In this document: positions 43,408-56,659 of the stretch, in pieces | How positions within the stretch are numbered: the first letter of the stretch is position 1 | Layout: each line of letters starts with the position of its first letter | Assembly: GCA_951406725.2 (NCBI GenBank) | Contig: OX597816.1 | Span: forward strand, 49,476,001-49,540,000 | Origin: Octopus vulgaris | Taxonomy: Eukaryota | DNA length: 64,000 nucleotides | Direction of reading: 5' to 3' | Notes under the pieces: generated by a model | Told to the model about the DNA's origin: nothing | Database searches by the model: none | What the model saw: only the letters and a program-made list of their open reading frames with translations | Program-made: the position numbers and the translations under genes

Positions 43408-45241
43408 TAACGGGTGTTGGTTGTAATTTCTTCGATGTGTGTTCAAATCGTTACACATTGATATTGTATGTTTGTTGTAGGTTTCCCCGCGCGACTGGAC
43501 CAAGATTCGTTGGACTGAGTCAATTATTGAATTTCAGTCACTGGTTCGGTTGCCCCTGTATAATCCCCGTCTATGGGAGGAGTGAAGAAAGATGGATAAT
43601 AGACAAAGTTGCGCAGCGGCAACGACACAAGGAATAAATACCAACAACCAGGAATTGCAAGAAATAGAAATGGACACAAGAAAGAGGAAGGAAGGAAGAA
43701 AATTTGTAAAAAAAAGGAGGGAACTAGTCTAAAGCTGACTCTCCCAGAAGAACTGATGAAAAGCATAGAAAAGAGGACGGCAGTACACAGAATGTTATGT
43801 ACGTCCTCGAACAAGATAGAGGTAGCCCCAACAGAAGAAATAGAGGAATGCCTAGAAAATGTAAAAACAATTACCACGTTCTATACTCGTGGAAAGAAGT
43901 ATGGCTCAGTGGAAGTAAGGTTTGGCAACGAAGAAGATGCCATAAACCACGCCACGGAGCCGTTACGGACAACTAAATGGATACTTCTTCCGACGTACTG
44001 TGGCAAACGCGCAACCAGAGTGAGAGTTGGAAGAGTACCCCGCCGAAATCGAGGAAGAATGGCATGTAGCAGCCATTATGCACGATATGAAGGATGGAGT
44101 AGAGATCCTCAAGATGAAGAGGATCCGAAAGTCCAATTGGTGGGGATATAGCCTCGAAGTGACCATGCAGGTATCTTTGGAAGACTTGCATAGTATAACG
44201 GAGGAAATAATACTCCCGGAAGACAGCAGACTTCGAATAACAATAGAAGGAAGACCATCAACCTGCTTCCTATACGGCAAAAAGGGGCACATGAAAGCAA
44301 TATGTCCCGAGAAGGAAAACGAAGAGAAGAAATGTGAACAAAAAAATTCCGAAGTGGTACCAACGAAAGAGACAAACAGAGTGGTGGAACCCTTCACAGT
44401 AGTAAACACGAGGAAGAGAAAGGTACAGATGAATTCTCCCCCAGGTAGTCAAAAAAGGTTAAAGGAGATTGTGATGGAAGAAAAGAGAAATAGGTGTGAA
44501 GCACCAACAGAAGCAGTGGTGAAAGAAGGCACACAAGAAAAAACAGCATTACAACAGGGATAAAAAGGAAGCGATCATAAAATTGGTTGTGATGTTTCTG
44601 CACGCCCGAACAGAACAGGACGGGAGCCGAAGCAAGCAGAAGTGAAAAGGAAGAGATACAAGTGGTATTTGGTCACTTATTACAAGAGTAAAGAATTAGA
44701 GAAAACGATTGTAAAATATAAATCGGTAATAAGAGTAAAGCTGCCGACAAGAACATACCCGGAACACACTAAAGGAATAGTCATATATAAAGAGAGATAT
44801 TTGAAATTAAGAGAGATGTAAGAACTTTTCATAGACCCGCTGGGGGTGGAAGTCGAGTTTGACGAGCTCCCATCGGTCGTAGAATTAGAAGATTTGAAAC
44901 CATTTATGAACATTTAAAAATAAGTAAAATTTGTACTTCATAAAAACAAATAGAGGAAAATAGACTGCTAAAATGTATAAAGAAAAAAGAAAAAACGATA
45001 TAAAAAAACAAAAGACTAAGACAAAGAACAAATTAAAAAAAGAAAAAAGAAAATAGACTGTAAGAACGTTTAATTTAAAAAAAAGTAATCGCGGTTTCAT
45101 CTCGGAGCAGGACCGAGAAAGCCGTCTCATATTCATTATAATTTAATTCATTGTAATTCATTCTTTCATATGTCTTTTTTGTTCCCGCATGTTTGTGTAT
45201 GTCCTCTCTGTATTCAGGCCTTGTGCCTATAATAAAGAGAA
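43408..45241 (+). mobile_element. ORF1(gag)-only non-LTR element, copy 2, with 17 bp TSD
   Basis: ORF pieces 43609-44040, 44027-44563 and to ~44910; CFLYGKKGHMKAIC knuckle; TSD AAACTC(G/A)TGATTGTCAC at 43391-43407 and 45242-45258. Confidence 0.8.
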
Positions 45242-45255
45242 AAACTCATGATTGT

Positions 45256-45300
45256 CACACGCTGATGCTGAGTCAATACCCAGAAACTAGAGTCCGTGTG
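45256..45300 (+). ncRNA. Type I hammerhead motif (A9C variant)
   Basis: cacacg-CUGAUGC-ugagu(caau)accca-GAAAC-UAGA-GUC-cgugug; perfect 6 bp stem I. Confidence 0.65.
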
Positions 45301-45461
45301 TATCATAGGTTGAAGACGGGAAGAATGGCTTCCCTTTGCAAATACTGATAGAGCACAGAAAGTGTGTCAACGGCTAGCTGGAGAAGGTGCCCTCCAGGGG
45401 CTACAAGCTACAGAAGCATCCACCTTTAGGGGTTAGCCATATTTAAGTGGCAAAATACTTC

Positions 45462-45492
<31 letters not shown>

Positions 45493-45574
45493 GTCCCGGG
45501 TTGATTCGGGGTTAACCACAGTAAGTAAGGTACTCAAAACATAGCAGAGTAAAATTAATTTATTATATAGAAGG

Positions 45575-45625
45575 AGCTTCTACAGGACTAGTACTGTTTC
45601 ATTCAAGAGAAATCTTCAGGAAGCT
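45575..45625 (-). ncRNA. Canonical type I hammerhead ribozyme
   Basis: Exact reverse complement of 49848-49898. Confidence 0.82.
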
Positions 45626-46000
45626 ATTTAACAAGAATTGTATTAGCATTTATACATTTAGGCAGGTTTAAAGGAGTGGTGGTGGGGGACTTTTTTGGGG
45701 GTAGGCATAGCGCAAAATATCATACTTGGGGGAGTGGTCAAGGAGTCAGTGGTAAGTTAGATGAAAGAATAGATAAATAAAAAAATATAAAATAAAAAAA
45801 TAAAATAAAAAAATAAAAAAAAAAATAAAAAAAAAAAAAATATAAAAAAATATAAAAAAATAAAAAATAAAAAATATATATAAAAATATATATATAAAAA
45901 ATATATATATAAAAAAAAGGGGGGATAGAGTTATAGGTAAATAAGGAGATTCTCACTTATACCTATACACACATGTATACGTATCTACACACACATATAT

Positions 46001-46041
<41 letters not shown>

Positions 46042-46471
46042 CACATATACACACATACATACATATCTACATACACACATACATACACCCGCCCACATAT
46101 ACAAATTTATACACATGCACATGCATATACCTGTCTACACATACACACACGTATATATGCATACACTCACTCCCATGCATGCACGCATACACACATGTAT
46201 ATATATACCCACGACCACACATACATATATACACAGAAAAATATATATTCATACGCACATACACTCATGCACACACAACACACCTAGTTCCCTATATACA
46301 CATATTTTTACACCTATATATACATACACCCACATACACATATGTACATATATATATATATATATACATATACACGCATACATATATATACATGTGTGCA
46401 CATACATACATACACACATATACATACACATACACATACACATGTGTACCTATACATACCTACACATACAC

Positions 46472-46528
<57 letters not shown>

Positions 46529-46848
46529 CCAATACAGGCCCATTCCCTAATTTTAATTTTATTATCTTCATTTATTACTTTTGTTATCTTTGATCGCTAG
46601 AGCTAAGGATCCTGTCTATGGCAGCATGTCCATTTGTCTGTCTACTAGAAGGCAAGTACTAATTCCCGCACGCACACTCATTAGCACGTACATTCACCCA
46701 TTCGTACACTCATACACATACACGTACGCACGCGTTATATTCATACATACAAACATCTACATACGTTCCCGTATATACACATACGTACTCGCACCTACAG
46801 ATTCGTGTCTACACTTTAGGAGGCTAGTCTATACATATACACCAATAA

Positions 46849-46880
<32 letters not shown>

Positions 46881-46938
46881 ACATACACACACACATATAC
46901 TCCTACATACAGATACATACCTATATATATATATATAT

Positions 46939-46997
<59 letters not shown>

Positions 46998-47199
46998 CAT
47001 ACATACACATACACACATATATATACACACACATACATACACATATATATACATACACAAACATATATACACACATATATATATATACACACATACACAC
47101 ACATACATACATATACACACAAACACATACATACGTATACATACATACATACATCCATACATCCATACTTACATGCATTTATACGCATACACACACCCA

Positions 47200-47236
<37 letters not shown>

Positions 47237-47759
47237 TCACACATACATATACAAATATACGCACACACATACATACATACACGTATACACATACACGCAC
47301 ATACACATATACATGCGTACCCATAGACGTGCACACACGCACGCGCATCCATATATATACACACACACACATATATACACGTGTGCAAGCATACATACAT
47401 ACTCATACACGCACACATACATACATATACATATATGCACACACTTACACACATATATACATACACATATACATGCATACATACATATATGCATACATAC
47501 ACACACGCACTCATATATATATATATATATATATACACATACACATACATACACATATACATATACATACACATACACATACATACATATATATACACAT
47601 ATATACACATATACACATACATATATATATACATACATACACATATATATGTATGTATATGTATGTATATGTGTATATATGTATGTGTATATGTGTATAT
47701 ATGTGTATATATATGTATGTATGTGTATGTGTATGTATATGTATATGTGTATGTATGTG

Positions 47760-47790
<31 letters not shown>

Positions 47791-48070
47791 GTGTGAGTGC
47801 GTGTGTGTATGTATGCATATATGTATGTATGCATGTATATGTGTATGTATATATGTGTGTAAGTGTGTGCATATATGTATATGTAAGTATGTGTGCGTGT
47901 ATGAGTATGTATGTATACTTGCACACGTGTATATATGTGTGTGTGTGTATATATATGGATGCGCGTGCGTGTGTGCACGTCTATGGGTACGCATGTATAT
48001 GTGTATGTGCGTGTATGTGTATACGTGTATGTATGTATGTGTGTGCGTATATTTGTATATGTATGTGTGA

Positions 48071-48101
<31 letters not shown>

Positions 48102-48307
48102 GATGGGTGTGTGTATGCGTATAAATGCATGTAAGTATGGATGTATGGATGTATGTATGTATGTATACGTATGTATGTGTTTGTGTGTATATGTATGTAT
48201 GTGTGTGTATGTGTGTATATATATATATGTGTGTATATATGTTTGTGTATGTATATATATATGTGTATGTATGTGTGTGTATATATATGTGTGTATGTGT
48301 ATGTATG

Positions 48308-48376
<69 letters not shown>

Positions 48377-48788
48377 ATATATATATATATATAGGTATGT
48401 ATCTGTATGTAGGAGTATATGTGTGTGTGTGTATGTATATGTATATATATATATATATATATGTATATTTATTGGTGTATATGTATAGACTAGCCTCCTA
48501 AAGTGTAGACACGAATCTGTAGGTACGAGTACGTATGTGTATATACGGGAACGTATGTAGATGTTTGTATGTATGAATATAACGCGTGCGTACGTGTATG
48601 TGTATGAGTGTACGAATGGGTGAATGTACGTGCTAATGAGTGTGCGTGCGGGAATTAGTACTTGCCTTCTAGTAGACAGACAAATGGACATGCTGCCATA
48701 GCCAGGATCCTTAGCTCTAGCGATCAAAGATAACAAAAGTAATAAATGAAGATAATAAAATTAAAATTAGGGAATGGGCCTGTATTGG

Positions 48789-48845
<57 letters not shown>

Positions 48846-49847
48846 GTGTATGTGTAGGTATGTATATGTACACATGTGTATGTGTATGTGTATGTATATG
48901 TGTGTATGTATGTATGTGCACACATGTATATATATGTATGCGTGTATATGTATATATATATATATATATATGTACATATGTGTATGTGGGTGTATGTATA
49001 TATAGGTGTAAAAATATGTATATATAGGGAACTAGGTGTGTTGTGTGTACATGAGTGTATGTGCCTATGAATATATATTTTTCTGTGTATATATGTATGT
49101 GTGGTCGTGGGTATATATATACATGTGTGTATGCGTGCATGCATGGGAGTGAGTGTATGCATATATACGTGTGTGTATGTGTAGACAGGTATATGCATGT
49201 GCATGTGTATAAATTTGTATATGTGGGCGGGTGTATGTATGTGTGTATGTAGATATGTATGTATGTGTGTATATGTGTATATGTATATATATATATATAT
49301 ATTTCGCCTGGGGCTAAATGCAACAGTAACACCCCCACCACCCTGCCCTGTCCCTAGCCATATTCAGATGGCTTTAGTCCCTTATGTTATATATATATAT
49401 ATATATATGTGTATATATGTGTGTGTAGATACGTATACATGTGTGTATAGGTATAAGTGAGAATCTCCTTATTTACCTATAACTCTATCCCCCCTTTTTT
49501 TATATATATAAAATATATATATATATATTTTTGAGAATCTCCTTATTTACCTATAACTCTATCCCCCCTTTTTTTATATATATATTTTTTATATATATTT
49601 TTATATATATTTTTTATTTTTTTATTTTTTATATTTTTTTATTTTTTTATTTTTTTATTTTATTTTTTTATTTTTTTATTTTTTTATTTTTTTTATTTAT
49701 CTATTCTTTCATCTAACTTACCACTGACTCCTTGACCACTCCCCCAAGTATGATATTTTGCGCTATGCCTACCCCCAAAAAAGTCCCCCACCACCACTCC
49801 TTTAAACCTGCCTAAATGTATAAATGCTAATACAATTCTTGTTAAAT

Positions 49848-49898
49848 AGCTTCCTGAAGATTTCTCTTGAATGAAACAGTACTAGTCCTGTAGAAGCT
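49848..49898 (+). ncRNA. Canonical type I hammerhead ribozyme
   Basis: agcuuc-CUGAAGA-uuuc(ucuu)gaau-GAA-ACAG(uacuaguc)CUGU-A-gaagcu. Confidence 0.82.
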
Positions 49899-49912
49899 CC
49901 TTCTATATAATA

Positions 49913-49949
<37 letters not shown>

Positions 49950-49989
49950 GTATGTGTATATATATGTATATTCTATCTTCCGTCTTTAA

Positions 49990-50027
<38 letters not shown>

Positions 50028-50219
50028 GCATTCATGCATACATGCACACTTGTAACAGTCTGTGTGCGCACATTCTGTTTATTGCTCCGTCACACCGTGG
50101 GGAGATGTGTTATCTGTCTTCTCCAGCCACATTCTATATCGACGCAATTTTGATTATTTTTAAAATAGAAAATAATGATACACAGCAATGCTTCTTGTAG
50201 TAATTTTATTTTCCTGGTC

Positions 50220-50750
50220 CCCAAATGACTAGCATGACATACGGATGCCCTATAGTTGGAATGATATTTTTTTTATTTTTCTTCGGTTCCATAAAATTAT
50301 AGATTGTTTTTCTAATAGCATTTCTTTGTGTCTTTGTCGCATTGTTTCAAGATGTCTCTTATGTCTTCGAGGCCATTCTATTCTCTAAAAAGTTGAACGT
50401 TATGTTAAAAATAATGATATCATAAAAGCTAATGCTCAGGATGGGGACAGCTGGTAATGGCTTCTATCATTACTGCAAAGAGTTACAACACTACGTACAC
50501 AAATCTCAGGTTCACATGTCTCCAGCGGACATTATCTGGAATGGAAACCCGTTCAGATTTAACTTTCTCTTACGCATGTCAACTTCCAAAAATGGGACAT
50601 AGAGGAAGTTCTTGCTTAGCAATTAAACTAGCCATCAATATTCAAATATATACCAAATAACCAGAACCACTGGACTTCTCTGCAGAGTACCAAGAAATTA
50701 AAATCTTAACTAAAATGATTAGGGCTGTGGATTAGCAGCGCCGATTGAGC
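50220..50750 (-). mobile_element. Highly decayed LINE AP-endonuclease fragment
   Basis: Weak GDFN..H-like and SDH.P-like remnants across broken frames. Confidence 0.25.
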
Positions 50751-51109
50751 GTTATATTAATTGATATCCCTTCTGGGTTTAAATATATTTAAACAGAGTC
50801 ATATATTGTTATTGGTATGGTAGAATACGTTCCCCTTAGCTGTTTGGCTACGTGTTTATGTTGAATACTATTATTAACGTTTACCCTTGGTTATGCAAAA
50901 AATCAACTTAAGGATTGAGTACATTACAAATTGTCCAGTGGGATTTCGTTACATCCGCATACTTTTCATTTCATTTTCTTTGATTAATAATATACTTATT
51001 GTAGTAAAGCAACTTTCAAATACGTCATACCTTGAGATATATCTCTAGATATTGAATGACCATCTAATATTGCCTCAGTAAGCAGATAATTCGAAAAGAT
51101 TTTCCAATG

Positions 51110-51475
51110 GTGGCTGAATAGTAAACATTTTGCTCCCCAGTGACATGGTTCTGGGTTCTGCCCTGCTGCATGGCACATTGGGCAAGTGCGTTTTACTATA
51201 GCTTCGGGCTGATTTACGCCTTGTGAGTGGATTTGATAAAGAGAAAACGAAAGAAATCCGTCGCATATATATGCGTGCATGCATGCGTATCGCGTCTGTT
51301 TGTCCTGAACAACCGGTGTTGCTGTTCACGTCCCCGTAACGTAGCCATTTCGTTAAAAGGGTAGATAGAGTAAGTGCCACGCTTGAAATAAAATGAATAC
51401 TGGGGTCTATTCATTCAACTAAAATCATGGTAGTATTCCACAATGGCCGCAACCCAAGGACTGAAATAAATAAAT
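51110..51475 (+). mobile_element. Decayed family B SINE
   Basis: TGGCACATTGGGCAAGTG...GCCTTGTGAGTGGATTTG. Confidence 0.75.
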
Positions 51476-51558
51476 CGAATAATAGCGTCTACATCAATAG
51501 TACGATAATTATGTCATAAATCAAGGACACAATATTGTATAGAAACCGTAGACATTAA

Positions 51559-52743
51559 TATTAGGTTAACTCTCATGAATTGTCGTATTTGAAAGGTAAC
51601 AATAAATTGTTTCAGAAGTGTTAGAGAACCGATTTATTTAATCAAAGTATGATCCATATTCATCTATGAGGTTTATCCAACCTTCCTCTATGTCATCTTT
51701 AAAAAAAATCATCTTTTGCTATGATAAACTGTCCGAATGCTTCAATTACCTCTTCTCTATTTAAGAATGTTTCATTGATTATGAAAAGGTCAAAATACTT
51801 AAATAAGTGATGATTAGTAGGAGAGACAGCAAGGGAATAGGGAGCATGTTGCAAAATCTCATAATTCAGGCTTTGCAACTTTTGGACCGTAGCTTGAGGA
51901 GTTTGAGGAAATGCATTTTCGAGACGCAAAATTGGGTCCTCTCTAATCACTATTCTGAATTGCTTCTCATGCATACAATAATTTCTATGGCAATAAGATG
52001 TTGCTGTTGCCATTTCTTCTTGTTGCAAAAATGAATAATAAATAATGAATAACTCCCTTTGCAAACCACCATAGAGTGACTACCAATTTTATAGGGTGCA
52101 ATGGTGGGTGTGGATAGTGTTTAGGCGGCTCTCCTGCCTCTAATCACTGCCCTGTTCTCCTGCTGTTGTGAAAGAGTATCCATTTCTGGTCACAAGTAAT
52201 GATTTGATGCAAAAATGTTCTTTTTCCAATCGAGAAAGTAATAAGGAGCGCACTTCGAGGCATATGTGATTTTGAATCTCGTTTGTAGAACAAACCTGTT
52301 TTGTTGACTTTTCAAATTTTTTACAGGTGTCCAATAACAGTTGAGCGAGATGTTTGGAGTTTTGAGGAAAGTTTTCGAACCTTGGTTCTCGGATTTTGTT
52401 AAACCAAAGCATTTAATCGATCATGCCGAATAACTGATTTTGGCGTACTCCTTGGTATATTTTCAAGGCTATCATTTCCTGAATGAGAGCTTTGGAACCA
52501 TCTCTGAACAGTTCTGATGTCAACAAAACCATATTCCGTAGAGCTTCTGCGGCAGAGTGACCCAGTTTGTACACAAAGGAGAAATTACTCAACATAGTTT
52601 GATTGTTATCATTTTCATAAGGTATGTGGGTACGAATTTTGTACACCCATATTGTTGGGAAAGGAAATGAGTCAAGATTAAATACAAGATATACATAATT
52701 GAGTTTTTAAATGACTGAACATTTCATGTGAAACAACCTAATA
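51559..52743 (-). mobile_element. Decayed mariner transposon
   Basis: TIRs TATTAGGTT...CATGAA at both ends; YKLGHSAAEA HTH; QHAPYSLAVSPTNHHLF (PYSPDLAPSDYHLF). Confidence 0.88.
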
Positions 52744-53029
52744 CGATGCATCTAAACCTTGTAATGATCACCGGTGATCCATTCAGTGAATCTGACAAGA
52801 CAACAAAATTGCTTTAAAGTAAGGATTTCTCTTCAGAAGAAAATGCTTCAGCCTTCTATAGTTATCCTTAAAAGTTCAAGAAAGCGCCATTTGTAATACT
52901 GTTTCTACGTTTGTACAGTAGCAGTACTGTGCATAGAAATGACCTGGACCACTTCCAAATGTGTTCACATAATTCCTTTACATGATGTCGTTAACCAACA
53001 CCTTCAAACTCACTATCGTATGACATGGT

Positions 53030-53387
53030 CCCCAGTGTTTCACTGGTACATAATTTATCAACCCCGAAACGATTAAAGGCAAAGTCGACCTCGGCCGAAC
53101 TTGAACTCAGAACGTAGCGACGCGGAAGATACCGCTAAGCATTTTGTCCATTGTGCTAATGATTCTGCCAGTTCACCAATAGTAGTAGTAGTAGTTGTAG
53201 AAGTAGTAGAGGTAGTAGTAATAGCAATAATAATATTAATAATGATAATAATAATAATAACATAATAATAATAACTGCCCTAGGTGTATGGAAAACACTC
53301 GGCGAGAAACGGAAAAAAATTTGAAGAAAGAAGGAAAAAACAATAATAATAATAATATTAATAATAATAATAATAATAATAATAATG

Positions 53388-53428
<41 letters not shown>

Positions 53429-54040
53429 TCTTTCTACTAAAGCGCAAAACCTGAAATTTTGGGGGAGGGGATGAGTCGATTAAATTGACTCCAGTACTTA
53501 GATTATCGACGCTGAAAGGATGAAAGGCCAAGTCAACCTCGGTCGAATTTGAACCCAGAGCAACAGGAGAAACACCACTAAGCATCTCATCCAGCGTATT
53601 AACCATTCTGCCAACTCGCCAGTAGTAATAATTATAATCCTCTCTACTATAGGCACAAGGCCTGAAATTTTGTGGGAGGGAACTAGTTGATTACATTGAC
53701 CCCAGTGCGTAACTGGTACCTATTTAAATCGACCCCGAAAGAATGAAAGGCAAAGTCGACCTCGGCGGAATTTGAACTCAGAACGTAGCGGCAGACGAAA
53801 TACCTATTTCTTTATTACCCAAAAGGGGCTAAACACGGAGGGGACAAACAAGGACAGACAAGCGGATTAAGTCGATTATATCGACCTCAGTGCGTAAACG
53901 GTACTTAATTTATCGACGCCGAAAGGATGAAAGGCAAAGTCGACTTCGGCGGAATTTGAACTCACAACGTAACGACAGACGAAATACGGCTACGCATTTC
54001 GTCCGGCGTGCTAACGTTTCTGCCAGCTCGCCGCCTTAAC
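53030..54040 (-). mobile_element. Cluster of four family A SINEs around a (TAA)n tract
   Basis: Copies ~53030-53178, 53430-53620, 53635-53805 and 53806-54037. Confidence 0.85.
53275..53343 (+). mobile_element. ~70 bp 5'-truncated Dong 3' end inside (TAA)n
   Basis: TGCCCTAGG..GGAAAACACTCGGC.AGAAA.GGAA.AAAATTTGAA matches the reverse complement of 14205-14267. Confidence 0.75.
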
Positions 54041-54495
54041 CGCTTCCTTAATAATGATAATAATAACAATTGTTGTTATTGTAGTAGTAGTTAGCATTAT
54101 TATTATCATTATCGTCAAGAGTATGATTAATTATTCAGTATACTCAGCAGTTGAATTATAAAGTATAATTCGATCGCTAAATATATTGAAGATTGTAGCA
54201 TTAAATAAAAAGAAATTAATTCTTATCTTGATTTTGATATTTCTTACGGAAATTAATTCTTACTCACCAAATTTATATATTGCACAAATCAAGTTAAATA
54301 TAGTAGACAACTGTTAAATAGTATTTTCATAATTAGAAGCAAAATATATTCAGCAAAGGAAATTATGCTTAATTAAAGGTAATCGCATAATAAAATAATT
54401 AGTGTATCCACTGAATCCAGTTAATTACACCTATATATACGTATGCGTGTGTCTATCTGTCTGACAGTTAGTCTATCTATAAAAATTAATTATAC

Positions 54496-54548
<53 letters not shown>

Positions 54549-54585
54549 AACACATACACACACACACATATATATATATATATAC

Positions 54586-54767
54586 ATACTCTTTTACTTG
54601 TATCAGTCATTTGATTGCGGTTATGCTGGAGCATCGCCTTTTAGTCGAGCAAATCGACCCCAGGACTTATTCTTTGTAAGCCTAGTACTTATTTTAAGTT
54701 ACGGGGTACGGAAACACACCATCATCGGTTGCCAAGCGATGTTGGGAGGACAAACACAGACTCAAGA

Positions 54768-54824
<57 letters not shown>

Positions 54825-54989
54825 CGACGGGCTTCTTTCAGTTTCCGTCTACCATATCCACTCACAATGCTTTGGTCGACCCGAGGCTATAGTAAGAGAT
54901 ACTTGCCCAAGGTGTCACGCAGTGGGACTGAACCCGGAACTATGTGGTTCGTAAGCAAGCTACTTACCACACAGCCACTCCTACGCCTA
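54586..54989 (-). mobile_element. Family B SINE
   Basis: Ends ACCACACAGCCACTCCTACGCC. Confidence 0.9.
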
Positions 54990-55267
54990 TACATATATGC
55001 TAGCATGTATGTGTATATAATTATACACCTGTTTGTTCATGATATTTTATATATGTACGTGTGTAGATACATTCTTATAACATATCCTGTGTATACAGAC
55101 AAAAATGCCAAATTCATGCATGAGCACACGAATACACGCATAACGACTAGCACATACCAGCTCATAAAGATGCGACGGAAAGGTAATACGCGACATAATT
55201 CTGAATGCAATTAGGCAAATATTTTCATATATATATATATGTATATAACTAAAATACAGCAATATAT

Positions 55268-56204
55268 CTATCCAGCAAAATAAAGCACCGTATAGGTAGA
55301 ATTATAGATATGAAATATCGGTGAACGGAGTACACTTATTTGATGGAAATAGCAGTCGATATCCTTTCGGCGATAGGTGAAGCTTCACTGAATGTATAAG
55401 GCAGAGAATCCCAAAACTTTTCGGATTACCACTCCTTTGATACCCAGGCCACATTCCTAGTGCCCTACCCCAACTGAAGCATGACAAACATAGACCTATT
55501 TCTGAAGTAAATTCAAAGCAACTGTATTTAACAAATAAACCTTAACTGAATGAACCCACTATTTTGTTGTTTTTCCATGAATTGATACCCTCGACACGTT
55601 TTACATAATTTTTTACCTCATTATCGCCTCACTTTTCTTCAATGACCCATTGAACTTTCCATTTCTCCTAGGGGAAGCAATACCGCCTACTTTGGGAACC
55701 ACTGGTATAGAGGGAGAACGCTAGAGTAGTAGACAACCTTATGCTCGAGTTTCGAACTTTGCAGACAACGTGCATTAACGTAAATCTATTTGGTTTTCTA
55801 CATTTAGGTCTACCATAAATAACTAAATTTGAAATATCGTACGACGTCAATGTCTTTTCATCCAGCCGATAGTACCAGCCATGATAAAAACTGAGATCAG
55901 TGAAGAAGTTTTATATAAAAATGTATAATCATTATTAAGATACAATAACATCTTCATCCCGCAAAATAAAACATTGTATATGAAGAATTATAAATATGAA
56001 GTAGTGGTACACGAAGTGCCATTATTTGCTGGATATAGCAGTCGATAACCGTTCGGTGCTAAGTAATGCTTCAGTGAATGTATAGAGGCATTTCGTCCGT
56101 CTTTACGTTTTGAGTTCAGTGAAGTTTTACCTAGCGCTCAAAGGTTATCGACTGATATTTCCAGCAAATAATTGCACTTTGTGTACGATTACTTCATATC
56201 TATA
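55268..56204. repeat. Direct repeat (55268-55405 / 55957-56090) plus hairpin 55989-56204
   Basis: GATATGAA..TTATTTG.TGGA.ATAGCAGTCGATA present twice forward and once inverted. Confidence 0.75.
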
Positions 56205-56348
56205 TATATTAGTGTGTGTGTGCGCTTCCACGCAAATAGGAACATGTACATATGCATATCTTTATGCGCACACATAAGAATTTATGTCATTACAGTCATA
56301 TATATAGAGAGAAATGCACATATGTATATATATATATAGAGAGAGAGA

Positions 56349-56386
<38 letters not shown>

Positions 56387-56405
56387 CTATCAAGACAGAC
56401 GGGGA

Positions 56406-56449
<44 letters not shown>

Positions 56450-56616
56450 ATATTAGGGAATGAATCCAAAATTACAGGGAAAAATCAGATTTAGGGTTAA
56501 ATACAATTTATAGTAAAATATTATATAATATAATTCGAGACAAAACCACTATTTTAAAACCAAACAAGGAAAGACTTAATCAATACATAAAATTTTAATA
56601 TAAATTAAATAAACCG

Positions 56617-56659
56617 CCACTACAAATGTTTCATGTCTGCTCCGACAATCTTCAGGTGG
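56617..56659 (-). ncRNA. Minimal type I hammerhead ribozyme
   Basis: ccac-CUGAAGA-u-uguc(ggagca)gaca-u-GAAAC-AUUU-GUA-gugg. Confidence 0.78.

Larger units (their letters stand above)
45490..49915. mobile_element. Giant PLE-type palindrome: arms 45558-47650 and 47651-49915, plus unpaired tail 45490-45557, in (TA)n
   Basis: Unique blocks mirror each other (e.g. 46581-46830 vs 48485-48736; 45558-45780 vs 49695-49915). Confidence 0.9.

Noticed and set aside
46581-48736. 517 aa and 251 aa Y/I/H/T-rich ORFs sharing an N-terminus
   Set aside because: They translate the two palindrome arms of dinucleotide repeats; no domain signal.
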